This document shows positions 22,717 through 32,419 of a stretch of 42,644 bases of DNA, in pieces. The DNA comes from Actinomycetota bacterium. GTDB lineage: Bacteria; Actinomycetota; Actinomycetes; S36-B12; UBA5976. Numbering within the stretch: position 1 is the stretch's first letter; the number at the start of each line of letters is the position of its first letter. The notes beneath the pieces are model-generated. The model did not search any database. It was not told the DNA's origin and was given only the letters and a program-made list of their open reading frames with translations. The position numbers and the translations under genes were made by a program. The DNA is taken from positions 1 to 42,644 of the forward strand of contig JAQCGN010000003.1 of the NCBI GenBank assembly GCA_027730605.1. Direction: 5' to 3'.

Positions 22717-23613
22717 TCACCAGCCGCGTCCGGCAAACCTTTCAGAATCTGGCAATGTATCAATATTTATTCCCACCATTGCTTCACCTAAAGATCTTGA
22801 AACTCTGGCAATAACTGATGGGTCATCAAAATTAGTTGTGGCTTCAACGATTGCTTTTGCTCTTTGGGCAGGATCTCCTGATTTAAAAATACCTGAACCA
22901 ACAAATACTCCATCTGCTCCTAATTGCATCATTAATGCAGCATCTGCAGGTGTGGCAATTCCACCGGCTGTAAATAAGACAACTGGAAGTTTGCCAAGTT
23001 GTGCAACTTGGGCCACTAATTCATATGGTGCTTGTAAATTCTTTGCAGCTGTATATAACTCTTCTTTGTCCATGCCTTGCAATCTTGCAATATCGCCACG
23101 AATTGTTCGCATGTGTCTTACCGCTTCAACAACGTTTCCTGTTCCGGCTTCACCTTTGGAACGAATCATTGCCGCACCTTCATTAATTCGTCTTAATGCT
23201 TCACCTAAGTTTGTGGCACCGCACACAAATGGCACAGTGAATTGTCTTTTATCAATATGGTTTGCTTCATCAGCTGGTGTTAAAACTTCTGATTCATCTA
23301 TATAGTCAACACCTAAACTTTGTAAAACTTGTGCTTCGACAATGTGGCCAATTCTTGCTTTAGCCATTACCGGAATAGAAACTGTATTAATAATTTCATC
23401 AATCATGTCCGGATCACTCATTCGAGCAACTCCGCCATCCTTGCGAATATCTGCAGGAACTCTTTCTAATGCCATAACTGCAACTGCACCAGCGTCTTCA
23501 GCAATTCTTGCTTGCTTTGCATCGATGACGTCCATTATGACGCCACCTTTGAGCATTTCTGCCATGCCTTGTTTAACTCTTGGTGTACCAGTGCTGTTGT
23601 TTTGGTTTGACAC
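22717..23613 (-). CDS. pdxS: Pyridoxal 5'-phosphate synthase lyase subunit
   Basis: Motifs [27 protein letters not shown] and [11 protein letters not shown]. Upstream TAGAAT -10 and SD AAGGA. Confidence 0.98.
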   Translation of the reverse strand: MSNQNNSTGTPRVKQGMAEMLKGGVIMDVIDAKQARIAEDAGAVAVMALERVPADIRKDGGVARMSDPDMIDEIINTVSIPVMAKARIGHIVEAQVLQSLGVDYIDESEVLTPADEANHIDKRQFTVPFVCGATNLGEALRRINEGAAMIRSKGEAGTGNVVEAVRHMRTIRGDIARLQGMDKEELYTAAKNLQAPYELVAQVAQLGKLPVVLFTAGGIATPADAALMMQLGADGVFVGSGIFKSGDPAQRAKAIVEATTNFDDPSVIARVSRSLGEAMVGINIDTLPDSERFAGRGW

Positions 23614-23703
23614 GATTTCCTTTTGTTAAAAAATTTCTGGGTTACCTAATTCTAGCCCAAGTCAGAAAAGCCTCAACTTAAGTATTGGGCTTATTGCAAA
23701 TAC

Positions 23704-24249
23704 TTAGCAATACTCCAAACCCTGAGGAATTTGGTCATCAAAATCAATCACCATGGGCATACTGGCTCGACCAAAAAGCCTGAATGTTCGTACTATCCAT
23801 CGACGCCTTACCTTGATGGCATTTTTTGCAGCATCGTTATGAAAAGTCAAAGCATATTGCACACGTCTTGTAGCCCCAGCTGTTTCTTGGATTAAATTCT
23901 TATGCTCTGGATATTTACTTATGTCAAAAGTCTTATCGAATAGTTCGCATAGAGTTTTCGTTACTTCACTTTCAATAAGCCATTCATTTACTGTATGTAC
24001 TTCTAATGATTCTTCACTTATTGATGCATGAATAGCATTTGATAATCGATTTCTTAAGTTTGAATCTAGTTTTTCAATCCCAGCGATATCAGAACAAATG
24101 GCTGAGCGAAGGGCAAGTTGTCGACCTAGAGCATTTCTGGCATTTTCAACTTTTAAATGCAGTCGATCTAATCTTCCCGCAACATTTGATAGATAAATTG
24201 CGAAAAGAATTAATCCAATAACTAGAACTATCCAACTACTAATTTGCAC
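23704..24249 (-). CDS. Membrane-anchored LemA-like helical protein (conserved downstream of pimA)
   Basis: N-terminal transmembrane helix, AGRLDRLH, and RRVQYA..FHNDA....RRR..VR.FRL.G resembling the actinobacterial pimA-adjacent family. Confidence 0.7.
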   Translation of the reverse strand: MQISSWIVLVIGLILFAIYLSNVAGRLDRLHLKVENARNALGRQLALRSAICSDIAGIEKLDSNLRNRLSNAIHASISEESLEVHTVNEWLIESEVTKTLCELFDKTFDISKYPEHKNLIQETAGATRRVQYALTFHNDAAKNAIKVRRRWIVRTFRLFGRASMPMVIDFDDQIPQGLEYC

Positions 24250-24253
24250 GTTT

Positions 24254-25459
24254 CTATTCTGTCAGAAACGAGTCTTTTACCCTTCTTCGGTCAAGCCGGC
24301 CGGTTTTAGTAAGTCGACCATATAGTTGGCCTCTGAAATCTTCTCTAACATTTCGTCCCTCCACACTTTTAACCGATTCATAAACATCAAGAATCTGTCT
24401 GACTATTAATGTCCAATCAAATTGATTAGCTCTGTCAATTCCTGCCTGGGTCAATAATTCTCGTCTGTTTTTGTCTTTTAATAATTCAATTAGCGAACTA
24501 GCTAGTTGTTCTGAATCATTTGTGTTAAATAGTTGACCATAATTTCCATCATCTAGCACTCTTTTGAAGGCGGGTAAATCAGAAGCAAGAACAGGTGTTC
24601 CAGTAGCCATTGCTTCTAGTAGCACTATGCCAAATGATTCACCACCCAAATTTGGGGCAACATAAATGGTTGCTGATGCAAAACATGATGATTTTACATC
24701 ACTTGACACAAAACCCTTAAATTCAATCTGTGAATGATATTTAATATTTATTTGTTTTAAAATATCTTTTACATCACCTGGTCCTACTAGTAAGAGTTTT
24801 AAATCTGGAAACTGATCAAAAACCTTAGGCATGGCATTGAGTAAAACTTGTACTCCTTTTCTAGGTTCATCTAGTCGACCTACAAATAAGACTGTTTTTT
24901 GTTTATCAAAATCTGGTAAAGGTTTTGCGTCCTTAAAGTTTTTAACTCTCACTCCATTTGGGATTACAATTGCATCTCCCCCATAGTAATCAATCATGGT
25001 TTTTTTGGCTTCTTCACTAACTGCAATTCGTGCAATAACTTTTTCCATCATTGGTTGAAGTAGAAACTGCATATTTCTAACCGCATACATGGACTCATTG
25101 GAACTGTGGTGTGTTCCAACTATGGGGCCACGTGCAGACCAGGCGGCAATAATTGAAGGACTAGGACTATTTGGTTCGTGTAAATGTAAAATGTCAAACT
25201 GGCCTTGTCTTAACCAATTTCTGGTTCTAGTAAAAGCAGCAGGATCAAATTTAATTCTGGCAATAGATCCGTTATAAGGAAGTGCAATTGTGCTTCCGGC
25301 ATTTGTGGCATAACTCGGTAAAGCAGATTCATCACTAGTTGGGGTTAAAACATTTACATAATGTCCAAGCTCTAGTAAAGATTCTGAAAGATCTTGAATA
25401 TGTTGTTTCACTCCACCTGGAACAGACCAGTCATAGGGACAAACGATTCCAATTCTCAA
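24254..25459 (-). CDS. pimA: Phosphatidylinositol alpha-mannosyltransferase (GT4)
   Basis: Motifs MRIGIVCPY...PGGV, HLHEP, GR.DEPRKG and GGESFGIVLLEAMA. In operon with pgsA and patA. Confidence 0.94.
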   Translation of the reverse strand: MRIGIVCPYDWSVPGGVKQHIQDLSESLLELGHYVNVLTPTSDESALPSYATNAGSTIALPYNGSIARIKFDPAAFTRTRNWLRQGQFDILHLHEPNSPSPSIIAAWSARGPIVGTHHSSNESMYAVRNMQFLLQPMMEKVIARIAVSEEAKKTMIDYYGGDAIVIPNGVRVKNFKDAKPLPDFDKQKTVLFVGRLDEPRKGVQVLLNAMPKVFDQFPDLKLLLVGPGDVKDILKQINIKYHSQIEFKGFVSSDVKSSCFASATIYVAPNLGGESFGIVLLEAMATGTPVLASDLPAFKRVLDDGNYGQLFNTNDSEQLASSLIELLKDKNRRELLTQAGIDRANQFDWTLIVRQILDVYESVKSVEGRNVREDFRGQLYGRLTKTGRLDRRRVKDSFLTE

Positions 25460-25461
25460 AA

Positions 25462-26373
25462 CTATTTCACTAATCCCTGATTAACTCTTTTTGATGGTAA
25501 AACATGTTTCCAAACCCTTTGGAGCATGTGCCAATCTTGCGGATACTTTTTAACTTCTCTTTCAAATACTGTGGCAATTTCTTGAGTCATTTCTTTGACT
25601 TGTATCTCTTTAGTTGATCCCATACTCCTTGTTACAGGTGGATGAAATTCCATTATCAGTTTGTCACCTCTGTAATAGGAAGACAACGGTAAAACCTGTC
25701 CATCTAAGGCAAGTGCTAGTGCTACTGGTCCTACTGGAAAAGAAGCCATGGCTGATCCGTATCTAACTTCAATACCATTTTTTGTAATATCTCTATCAGC
25801 CACTAGGGCAACCATTTGTCCTTCGTTTGCTCTTCTTAAGAGTTTCATGAAAATATCTGTTTCACCACTGGTTGGAATAACTTCAATTCCAAGGTCATTT
25901 CTAAATTTCACAAATTTTTTGTACACAGACTCAGGTTTTAATCTTTCCACCACTGTGGTGATCGGACCGTAATTTGTGGTGTACCAGTAACCAGCAGCAT
26001 CCCAGTTTCCCATGTGTGCAGTTGCTGTAATTAATGGTTTCTGGGTAGCAAGGGCTCTTTCTAAGTTATCTATACCTAAACACTCAACATATTGGGAGAG
26101 ATTTTCTTTCTTCCAAGTAGGCATTCGAAAAGCATCTTCCCAGTATCGTAAGTAACTTCTCATTCCTTCTTTAACAAGTTTTTCCAGCTCAATTGACTCA
26201 ATATCTATTCCTAACATAAAACTTAAGTTTGCTCTTAGCTGTTGGACTCCTTTGATGTCTTTTTGGTACGCAAAATCAGCGATTTTTATAAAAAGTTTAC
26301 GAGAAAGTCTTTTGGGAAGTCTTTTGACAATGGCCCAACCTACTTGATACCCAATATCTGCTGGTGTGATCAT
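25462..26373 (-). CDS. patA: Phosphatidylinositol mannoside acyltransferase
   Basis: Motifs SY.RYW, HMGNWD, ERLKPE, LVADRD and PQDWHMLQ. Confidence 0.92.
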   Translation of the reverse strand: MITPADIGYQVGWAIVKRLPKRLSRKLFIKIADFAYQKDIKGVQQLRANLSFMLGIDIESIELEKLVKEGMRSYLRYWEDAFRMPTWKKENLSQYVECLGIDNLERALATQKPLITATAHMGNWDAAGYWYTTNYGPITTVVERLKPESVYKKFVKFRNDLGIEVIPTSGETDIFMKLLRRANEGQMVALVADRDITKNGIEVRYGSAMASFPVGPVALALALDGQVLPLSSYYRGDKLIMEFHPPVTRSMGSTKEIQVKEMTQEIATVFEREVKKYPQDWHMLQRVWKHVLPSKRVNQGLVK

Positions 26374-26979
26374 TTAAAGATTTTTGTTTTGTTTAAAGAC
26401 AAAATTCATTCTTTGAAGAACTGTTATAACACTCACAATAGTTAGTATCCAAATCGATATTTCTAATCCTTGATTAAAACCCACTCCTGCCAGAAGTGTT
26501 CCCGCAATAATAATTATTATTCTTTCGGGCCTTTCTGCAATACCGGTGTCACATTTGAAACCTAAACTTTCAGCACGAGCTTTTGTGTAGGAAACAATTT
26601 CACATGCCACCAGTGAAATTAAACTCAACACAAATAACACCCGTAAGTCATTTTGAGCAAAATAAAAAGCCAGGCTTCCTAAAACAACCCCATCAGCAAT
26701 CCGATCTAAAACTGAATCAAAGAATGCACCCCATTTAGAGTTTCGATTTAACAGCCTGGCAAGTGTGCCATCAACTGCGTCTAATCCCACAAATAGCGCA
26801 AAGAGCAAAGATCCTGTCAAAAATTGGCCTTTCGAAAAATAAACCAATGAAACCACTGAAACACCAATGGTGCCAATAAGTGTTATTAGATCTGGAGTTA
26901 GGCCAATTTTAAGAAAAATTTTGGCAAATGGGGTAGCAATCGTTGTTCCAACACTTCTTGCTTTTGCATTTCCAAGCAT
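26374..26979 (-). CDS. pgsA: Phosphatidylinositol(-phosphate) synthase, CDP-alcohol phosphatidyltransferase
   Basis: CDP-alcohol phosphotransferase motif DAVDGTLAR...GAFFDSVLDR; SYTKARAE and ERPER. Confidence 0.93.
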   Translation of the reverse strand: MLGNAKARSVGTTIATPFAKIFLKIGLTPDLITLIGTIGVSVVSLVYFSKGQFLTGSLLFALFVGLDAVDGTLARLLNRNSKWGAFFDSVLDRIADGVVLGSLAFYFAQNDLRVLFVLSLISLVACEIVSYTKARAESLGFKCDTGIAERPERIIIIIAGTLLAGVGFNQGLEISIWILTIVSVITVLQRMNFVFKQNKNL

Positions 26980-27503
26980 TATTCAATCCAAGCTTTTGCT
27001 AATAAAATTTGTGTGTCTTTTAGCAATTGTGGGATTGATTTAGCTCTGCCAATAATGGGCATAAAATTGGTGTCCCCACCCCAGCGCGGAACAATATGTT
27101 GATGCAAATGATCAGCCACACTTGTTCCTGCAACAGAACCTTGATTCATGCCAATATTGAATCCTTGTGCACCACTTGCTTTTCTTAAAACCAACATTGC
27201 TTTACGAGTAATTTCTTGCATTTCATTTGATTCTTCATCGGTGATAGAAGTAAAGTCTGCAAAATGTCTAAAGGGTGCAACTAGGAGATGGCCTGCGTTA
27301 TAGGGATAAAGATTTAGTACCACATAATTTAATTTACCTTTAAAAACAACTAAAGAATCCTCTTCTGAAACCTTTGGTGCTGAACAAAAAGGACACTCTT
27401 GTTCAACTGTGCCATCACTTCTTACATCATGTAAATACTGTCCACGGTGAGGTGTCCAAAGCCTGATCCAGGCATCAGGTAAACCAGTTTCTGGAGTTGT
27501 CAT
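26979..27503 (-). CDS. HIT family protein (Ap4A phosphorylase-like)
   Basis: Motifs RLWTPHR, CPFC, NLYPYNAGH and HLHQHIVPRW. Lies between thrS and pgsA. Confidence 0.92.
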   Translation of the reverse strand: MTTPETGLPDAWIRLWTPHRGQYLHDVRSDGTVEQECPFCSAPKVSEEDSLVVFKGKLNYVVLNLYPYNAGHLLVAPFRHFADFTSITDEESNEMQEITRKAMLVLRKASGAQGFNIGMNQGSVAGTSVADHLHQHIVPRWGGDTNFMPIIGRAKSIPQLLKDTQILLAKAWIE

Positions 27504-29492
27504 CTAAACCTGAATTCTTTTATCGATAGCATCAACAATTCGTTTTATGGCATCAGTAACAGAAACACCATTTTCTTGTGTTGCATCTCTAAATCTAAAC
27601 GAAACAGCTTGTGCCCCAACATCTTGATCCCCGGCAATTAACATGAAAGGCACTTTTTGGGTTTGGGCATTTCTAATCTTCTTTTGCATACGCTCATCAC
27701 TGGAATCAATTTCAACTCGAACACCTTTTAGCTTTAATTTATCGGCTATTTCTTTTAGATAAGAAATATGATCATCGGTGATAGGAATACAAACTACTTG
27801 CACGGGTGAAAGCCAAGGTGGAAATGCACCAGCATAATGCTCCAGTAACACACCAAAGAATCTTTCAATTGAACCAAATAGGGCACGATGAATCATCACT
27901 GGTCTTTTAACGGAACCATCTTTATCTTTATATTCTAGTTCAAACTTTTGTGGTAGTTGAAAATCAAGTTGAATGGTGCTCATTTGCCAAGTTCTACCTA
28001 ACGCATCTTTTACTTGCACTGAAATTTTTGGGCCATAAAAAGCAGCTCCACCTTCATCCATTATCAATGGAATATTTTGTGCAGCAGCAGCTTGTTTTAA
28101 AATCTCGGTGGCCTGATTCCATTCGGCATCTGTGCCCACAGATTTATCGGAATTCTTGGTGGATAATTCAAGATAGAAATCTGTTAACCCATAGTCTTTG
28201 AGCAAGTTCAACACAAATTTCAGTAAATTATCTAATTCTTCTCCCAAGTTTTCTAACGTGGTGTAAATGTGTGCATCATCTTGGGTCATGCCCCGAACTC
28301 GGGTCAAACCATGAATTACCCCTGACTTTTCGTAACGGTAAACACTTCCGAATTCAAAAAATCTTAAAGGTAAATCTCGATAGGACTTAGGAGTTGATTT
28401 GTATATCAGGTTATGAAATGGGCAATTCATGGGTTTTAAGTAATAATTTTGTGCCGGTTTTCTAACTGATCCATCCGGGTTTAGTTCAGCGTCAAGTTGC
28501 ATTGGTGGAAACATACCTTCCTTGTACCACTCAAGATGGCCTGATGTTTCAAATAAAGCTGATTTAGTTATGTGTGGAGAATAAACAAATTCGTAACCAG
28601 ATTCTTCATGACGTTTACGGGAGTAATCTTCCATTACTTTTCTAATTACCCCACCCTTGGGATGAAATACAGCTAAACCAGAACCGATCTCATCTGGAAA
28701 TGAAAATAGGTCTAATTCCACACCAAGTTTTCGGTGATCTCTTTTCTCAGCTTCTTCTAGCACCATTAAGTACTTACTTAAATCTTCTTTTGAAGCCCAA
28801 GCGGTGCCATAAATTCTTTGTAATTGAGGATTTTTTTCATCACTTCGCCAATAAACACCAGCAGTTCTCATTAACTTGAATGCGTTTATATATTTTGTTG
28901 ATGGCACATGAGGTCCTCGACATAGGTCTGACCAAACAGTTGCACCACTTCTAAAATCGATATTGTCATAGATAGTTAATTCATTGCCCCCCACTTCCAT
29001 TACTTCATCAAGTGGGTTTCCTTTGATTCCAATTAATTCAATCTTGTATGGCTCATGTGCTAATTCCTGTCTTAAAGACTTTTCATCACTTACTCGTCGG
29101 GAAAATCGTTGCCCCCCTTTAATAATGTTTTTCATGGTTGTTTCAATTTTTTGTAAGTCCTCAGGGGTGAAATTTTGTTTCACATCAAAGTCGTAATAGA
29201 AACCATCTTTGATAGGTGGTCCTATTCCTAATTTGGTTTGGGGACTAATTTTTTGCACAGCTTGAGCCAAAATGTGAGCAGTGCTATGGCGAATTACTGC
29301 TAGACCTTCTTCTGAATTTGCTAATACTCCAACAACTTCATCACCTGCTTTAAGTGGTGTGGCTAAATCTCTTAATTCACCATTAATCTTGGCCGCCACA
29401 ACTTCTTTAGTGTCTTTGTAATAATCAATAGCATTAGTACTACTGGTGGCATTTTGTTCTTTGCCCTCAATTTTTACTTTAAAATCACTCAC
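27504..29492 (-). CDS. thrS: Threonine--tRNA ligase
   Basis: Motifs RHSTAH, DLCRGPH, RDHRKLG, KPMNCP, QDDAH and [11 protein letters not shown]. Confidence 0.99.
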   Translation of the reverse strand: MSDFKVKIEGKEQNATSSTNAIDYYKDTKEVVAAKINGELRDLATPLKAGDEVVGVLANSEEGLAVIRHSTAHILAQAVQKISPQTKLGIGPPIKDGFYYDFDVKQNFTPEDLQKIETTMKNIIKGGQRFSRRVSDEKSLRQELAHEPYKIELIGIKGNPLDEVMEVGGNELTIYDNIDFRSGATVWSDLCRGPHVPSTKYINAFKLMRTAGVYWRSDEKNPQLQRIYGTAWASKEDLSKYLMVLEEAEKRDHRKLGVELDLFSFPDEIGSGLAVFHPKGGVIRKVMEDYSRKRHEESGYEFVYSPHITKSALFETSGHLEWYKEGMFPPMQLDAELNPDGSVRKPAQNYYLKPMNCPFHNLIYKSTPKSYRDLPLRFFEFGSVYRYEKSGVIHGLTRVRGMTQDDAHIYTTLENLGEELDNLLKFVLNLLKDYGLTDFYLELSTKNSDKSVGTDAEWNQATEILKQAAAAQNIPLIMDEGGAAFYGPKISVQVKDALGRTWQMSTIQLDFQLPQKFELEYKDKDGSVKRPVMIHRALFGSIERFFGVLLEHYAGAFPPWLSPVQVVCIPITDDHISYLKEIADKLKLKGVRVEIDSSDERMQKKIRNAQTQKVPFMLIAGDQDVGAQAVSFRFRDATQENGVSVTDAIKRIVDAIDKRIQV

Positions 29493-29504
29493 AATAGTTG
29501 AATC

Positions 29505-30383
29505 CTATTCAAATCTTTGTCGTAGTTTTGTGACTGGAAGAACTGATCTACCACCATTACCACTAACTTTTGTAAGCTCAATTAGTCCTGAACCACAAAT
29601 AACAGTTGGCACTCCATTAGTTATTTTCCAAATTTTACCCGGAGTTCTGTTGATAATGCGGGGATTTTCTTTACTAACTTTTCCATCAAAGACTCGGACT
29701 TCTTCCCCATTTAAAACACTGCACGCTCCCACGTAGGGATAACTTGAGGCATGAATATGTCTTAGCACTACTTCAGATGGCTTTGACCAATCAATGTCAA
29801 AATCTTTTTCATCTCGCCACAAACTATAGGTGGCAGACTTATGATTTTGTGCTTTTCCAATCACTTTGCCTTTTTTTACAATCTGGGCAAAAGTTTTCTT
29901 CAATAATTTTTCGTTCAACACACAAATAATATTTATGGCATCTTCAAGTCTCATCGGATATTTGATTGCTTTTGATTCCTGAGCAATTATTGGTCCAGAA
30001 TCCATTTCAGTGGAGGCTATTAAAGCAGTTGAGCCAATTTTTGAATCACCATTTATCAAAGCTGTGAGCAAGGGATTCCAGCCCCGATATTTTGGTAAAA
30101 GTGAATCATGAAGCACAATTACTTGTTGATAATTGGCATCAATCATTTTTTTCCAACCAACAGCAAGGGCTAATTCTGATATTTGAGCCGGGTCTTTGGT
30201 GGATGTTCTGATACCAAAACTTTCAAATAATTTTGTAATTTTTTCAATTGGGTCATCAACTGTTCCCGTATCAGGGGCAATTATCACAGATCCAACAGAT
30301 TCTTTGAAAAAAGAGGTGATGAATTTAGCAGCAGCCAAGCCTTTTACCCCGCACAAGTAAATATCAACTTTTACATTCTTCAC
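29505..30383 (-). CDS. Formyltransferase (Fmt-like N- and C-terminal domains; substrate unknown). ORF track starts at TTG 30410; GTG 30383 preferred.
   Basis: HDSLLPKYRG, MDSGPII, IDW and YPYVGA motifs of 10-formyl-THF-dependent transferases. Confidence 0.82.
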   Translation of the reverse strand: MKNVKVDIYLCGVKGLAAAKFITSFFKESVGSVIIAPDTGTVDDPIEKITKLFESFGIRTSTKDPAQISELALAVGWKKMIDANYQQVIVLHDSLLPKYRGWNPLLTALINGDSKIGSTALIASTEMDSGPIIAQESKAIKYPMRLEDAINIICVLNEKLLKKTFAQIVKKGKVIGKAQNHKSATYSLWRDEKDFDIDWSKPSEVVLRHIHASSYPYVGACSVLNGEEVRVFDGKVSKENPRIINRTPGKIWKITNGVPTVICGSGLIELTKVSGNGGRSVLPVTKLRQRFE

Positions 30384-30436
30384 AGGATCGATACTACCCT
30401 TAGGGTCCAATTATTCATTGGTTTGCAATGAATGCT

Positions 30437-30790
30437 TTACTCCTTAAAGTTCGACCAAACCCACCAGCTAGACAAAACACCGACTGCCATGACGCCAAGA
30501 AAGAATAAATAAATCCATACAGGTTTCTTACCCGTCAATTTTGCTTTTTCTAACTTCAGTCTCAGTGGGGCTAGAAACCTACTTGCCCATGTAAATTCTG
30601 TTGCCAATATAAATAGTCCAATAAATATTGTTAGCCAACCAGGTCCTGGTAAAACTAGTAAAACAAGACCCACTCCGATAAGAAAAAAACCTGCAAAAAA
30701 TACGGCACTTCGCCATGCCACATCAGCGATTCTATTTGCCCGAATGCGTGCACGGATTATTTTGATGGGACTAGTGTGACGTTCATTCAT
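30437..30790 (-). CDS. PGPGW-motif membrane protein (TIGR02611-like)
   Basis: LPGPGWLTIFIGL.ILATEF.WA motif. Confidence 0.88.
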   Translation of the reverse strand: MNERHTSPIKIIRARIRANRIADVAWRSAVFFAGFFLIGVGLVLLVLPGPGWLTIFIGLFILATEFTWASRFLAPLRLKLEKAKLTGKKPVWIYLFFLGVMAVGVLSSWWVWSNFKE

Positions 30791-30817
30791 ATTTATAGAT
30801 TAAATGAATAAAGTTTA

Positions 30818-31918
30818 TTAAACATCATTGGGTTCGAATTTAGGCTGAGCTTTACTTGCCACATTAAATAATGTAGCGCATTTGAGTTCAGTTTCCTGCC
30901 ATTCGGAAACAGGATCAGACCCCCAGGTGATACCAGCACCTGTTCCAAACAGAAGTTTTTCCTGGTCTTTCCAAAAGGTTCGAATTCCTACAGCTATTTT
31001 CGCGGTGTTGTTTTTGGTATTAATCCAGCCAATAGCACCACAATATGGTCCTCTGTCACTTTTTTCAAACTTCTTGATTAATTTCAAGGCACTTAACTTA
31101 GGTGCCCCACTAACAGACCCTGGTGGAAACGTGGCACCAAAAATCTCAACCCAAGAGGTGTTTGCTTTTAGTTCACCTTGCACGGTTGATACCAAATGAA
31201 CTAGTCCTGGATGATTTTGAATCTCCAGTAAACTTGGCACCTCCACACTTCCAGTGGTGCAAACTCTTGATAAATCATTTCTCACTAAATCCACAATCAT
31301 GACATTTTCTGCCCTATCTTTATCAGTTAAATCTGTTGCAATTTTTCCTGTGCCCTTTATAGGACTTGAAACTATGGTTTGATTGTTTCTTTCTAAAAAC
31401 AACTCAGGTGAGGCAGATACCAAGGACACATCTTTAGTCAATCTTTCATGAGCTTCTTTTTTCACACTTATGACACACGAATAAGGGGCAGGATTTTGGC
31501 TTGTGAGCAGATTTGCCAGACCTTCAATATCAAATCCTTCTTTTCTTATTTTTGTTGTTAAGACTCGACAAATATTTGCCTGATAAACATCTCCTTGCGC
31601 AATGTGTTGTCTTAACCCCTCCACAGCTGTTTCGTATTCTGTTTTTGACATAGAAGATGTCCAACTATCAGGATCTACACCTTGCCAGTCACCACTAAAT
31701 TCTTCGGTGATTTCTATTTCCTTTTCAAACTTAAGTAATAACCAAGCACCTTCAAAGCTGCCAATTATTGCCCAGATTCCTGGTTCGTTTAATCGATTTA
31801 AATCAATTGCCACATCTTGCAAACCAACAAGTCTCTTACTGCCAAATTGTGCATAGGCAAGTTCTTGGGCCTGGTTTTTAATGTCCACCATATGTTGAGA
31901 CATTACCTGCGTTATCAC
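30818..31918 (-). CDS. Chorismate-binding protein (PabB/TrpE component I-like); start may be ATG 31891
   Basis: Motifs GDVYQAN, SASPELFL, SPIKGT, KDRAENVMIVDLVRNDL, FPPGSVSGAPK and RGPYCG. Confidence 0.9.
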   Translation of the reverse strand: MITQVMSQHMVDIKNQAQELAYAQFGSKRLVGLQDVAIDLNRLNEPGIWAIIGSFEGAWLLLKFEKEIEITEEFSGDWQGVDPDSWTSSMSKTEYETAVEGLRQHIAQGDVYQANICRVLTTKIRKEGFDIEGLANLLTSQNPAPYSCVISVKKEAHERLTKDVSLVSASPELFLERNNQTIVSSPIKGTGKIATDLTDKDRAENVMIVDLVRNDLSRVCTTGSVEVPSLLEIQNHPGLVHLVSTVQGELKANTSWVEIFGATFPPGSVSGAPKLSALKLIKKFEKSDRGPYCGAIGWINTKNNTAKIAVGIRTFWKDQEKLLFGTGAGITWGSDPVSEWQETELKCATLFNVASKAQPKFEPNDV

Positions 31919-31975
31919 TGTTTAGATACTCGACTGAACCCAACGGTGTAACCCTCGGGTATCTTGAACAGGTAC

Positions 31976-32013
31976 AAATAGTCAAAATCCATATTTCCTA
32001 ATTTTGTCTATTT
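31976..32013 (+). repeat. AT-rich inverted repeat in the tRNA operon leader
   Basis: AAATAGTCAAAAT (31976-31988) pairs with ATTTTGTCTATTT (32001-32013), one mismatch. TATCTT -10-like hexamer at 31960-31965. Confidence 0.65.
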
Positions 32014-32017
32014 ATTC

Positions 32018-32090
32018 GCGGACGTGGCGCAGTTGGTAGCGCATAACCTTGCCAAGGTTAGGGTCGCGGGTTCGAATCCCGTCGTCCGCT
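32018..32090 (+). tRNA. tRNA-Gly(GCC)
   Basis: Acceptor stem GCGGACG/CGTCCGC, anticodon arm TAACC-TTGCCAA-GGTTA, T-loop GTTCGAAT. CCA not encoded. Confidence 0.97.
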
Positions 32091-32092
32091 CG

Positions 32093-32121
32093 GAAATTTA
32101 AAATATTTTATTTTAAATTTC
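32093..32121. repeat. Perfect 13-bp inverted repeat in the Gly-Cys spacer
   Basis: GAAATTTAAAATA-TTT-TATTTTAAATTTC. Confidence 0.8.
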
Positions 32122-32127
32122 TTTATT

Positions 32128-32198
32128 GGTGGAGTGGCCGAGAGGCGAGGCAGCGGCCTGCAAAGCCGCGTACACGGGTTCAAATCCCGTCTCCACCT
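32128..32198 (+). tRNA. tRNA-Cys(GCA)
   Basis: Acceptor stem GGTGGAG/CTCCACC, anticodon arm GCGGC-CTGCAAA-GCCGC, U discriminator. CCA not encoded. Confidence 0.97.
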
Positions 32199-32223
32199 CG
32201 AGACAATAAAACTTAATAGTTAC

Positions 32224-32297
32224 GGTCGGTTAGCTCAGTTGGTTAGAGCGCATCCTTGACATGGATGAGGTCGGAGGTTCGAGTCCTCTATCGACCA
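32224..32297 (+). tRNA. tRNA-Val(GAC)
   Basis: Acceptor stem GGTCGGT/ATCGACC, anticodon arm CATCC-TTGACAT-GGATG, T-loop GTTCGAGT. CCA not encoded. Confidence 0.97.
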
Positions 32298-32362
32298 CTT
32301 TATTTATTTGGTTCACATAGTGAAACCCTTGTAAGTGTTCGAGCATAATTTTTATAAATTTG

Positions 32363-32415
32363 TTGACGTCTCATCTCTTTGTGTTTAAAGTCAGTATTAT
32401 CCAAATTTCAGGAGG
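32363..32415 (+). promoter_or_regulatory. Near-consensus sigma70 promoter and RBS of fdh
   Basis: TTGACG (32363-68), 17-nt spacer, TAAAGT (32386-91). SD AGGAGG ends 4 nt before ATG 32420. Confidence 0.72.
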
Positions 32416-32419
32416 CTAT

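Noticed and set aside
22838-23305. 155-aa + strand ORF opposite pdxS, and many similar 60-120 aa antisense ORFs opposite aroC, alaS, secD and thrS
   Set aside because: Antisense shadows of conserved genes, with no RBS or recognisable motif.
29493-29504. T-box or attenuator leader for thrS or the other synthetases
   Set aside because: The upstream gaps (12 bp for thrS, 26-43 bp for alaS, hisS and aspS) are far too short.
29505-30410. Calling this gene fmt
   Set aside because: It lacks Fmt-specific N-terminal motifs, the catalytic-motif Asn and the def/priA context.
32360-32419. 20-aa N-terminal extension of FDH in the ORF track
   Set aside because: It overlaps the promoter; the SD and the family N-terminus place the start at 32420.
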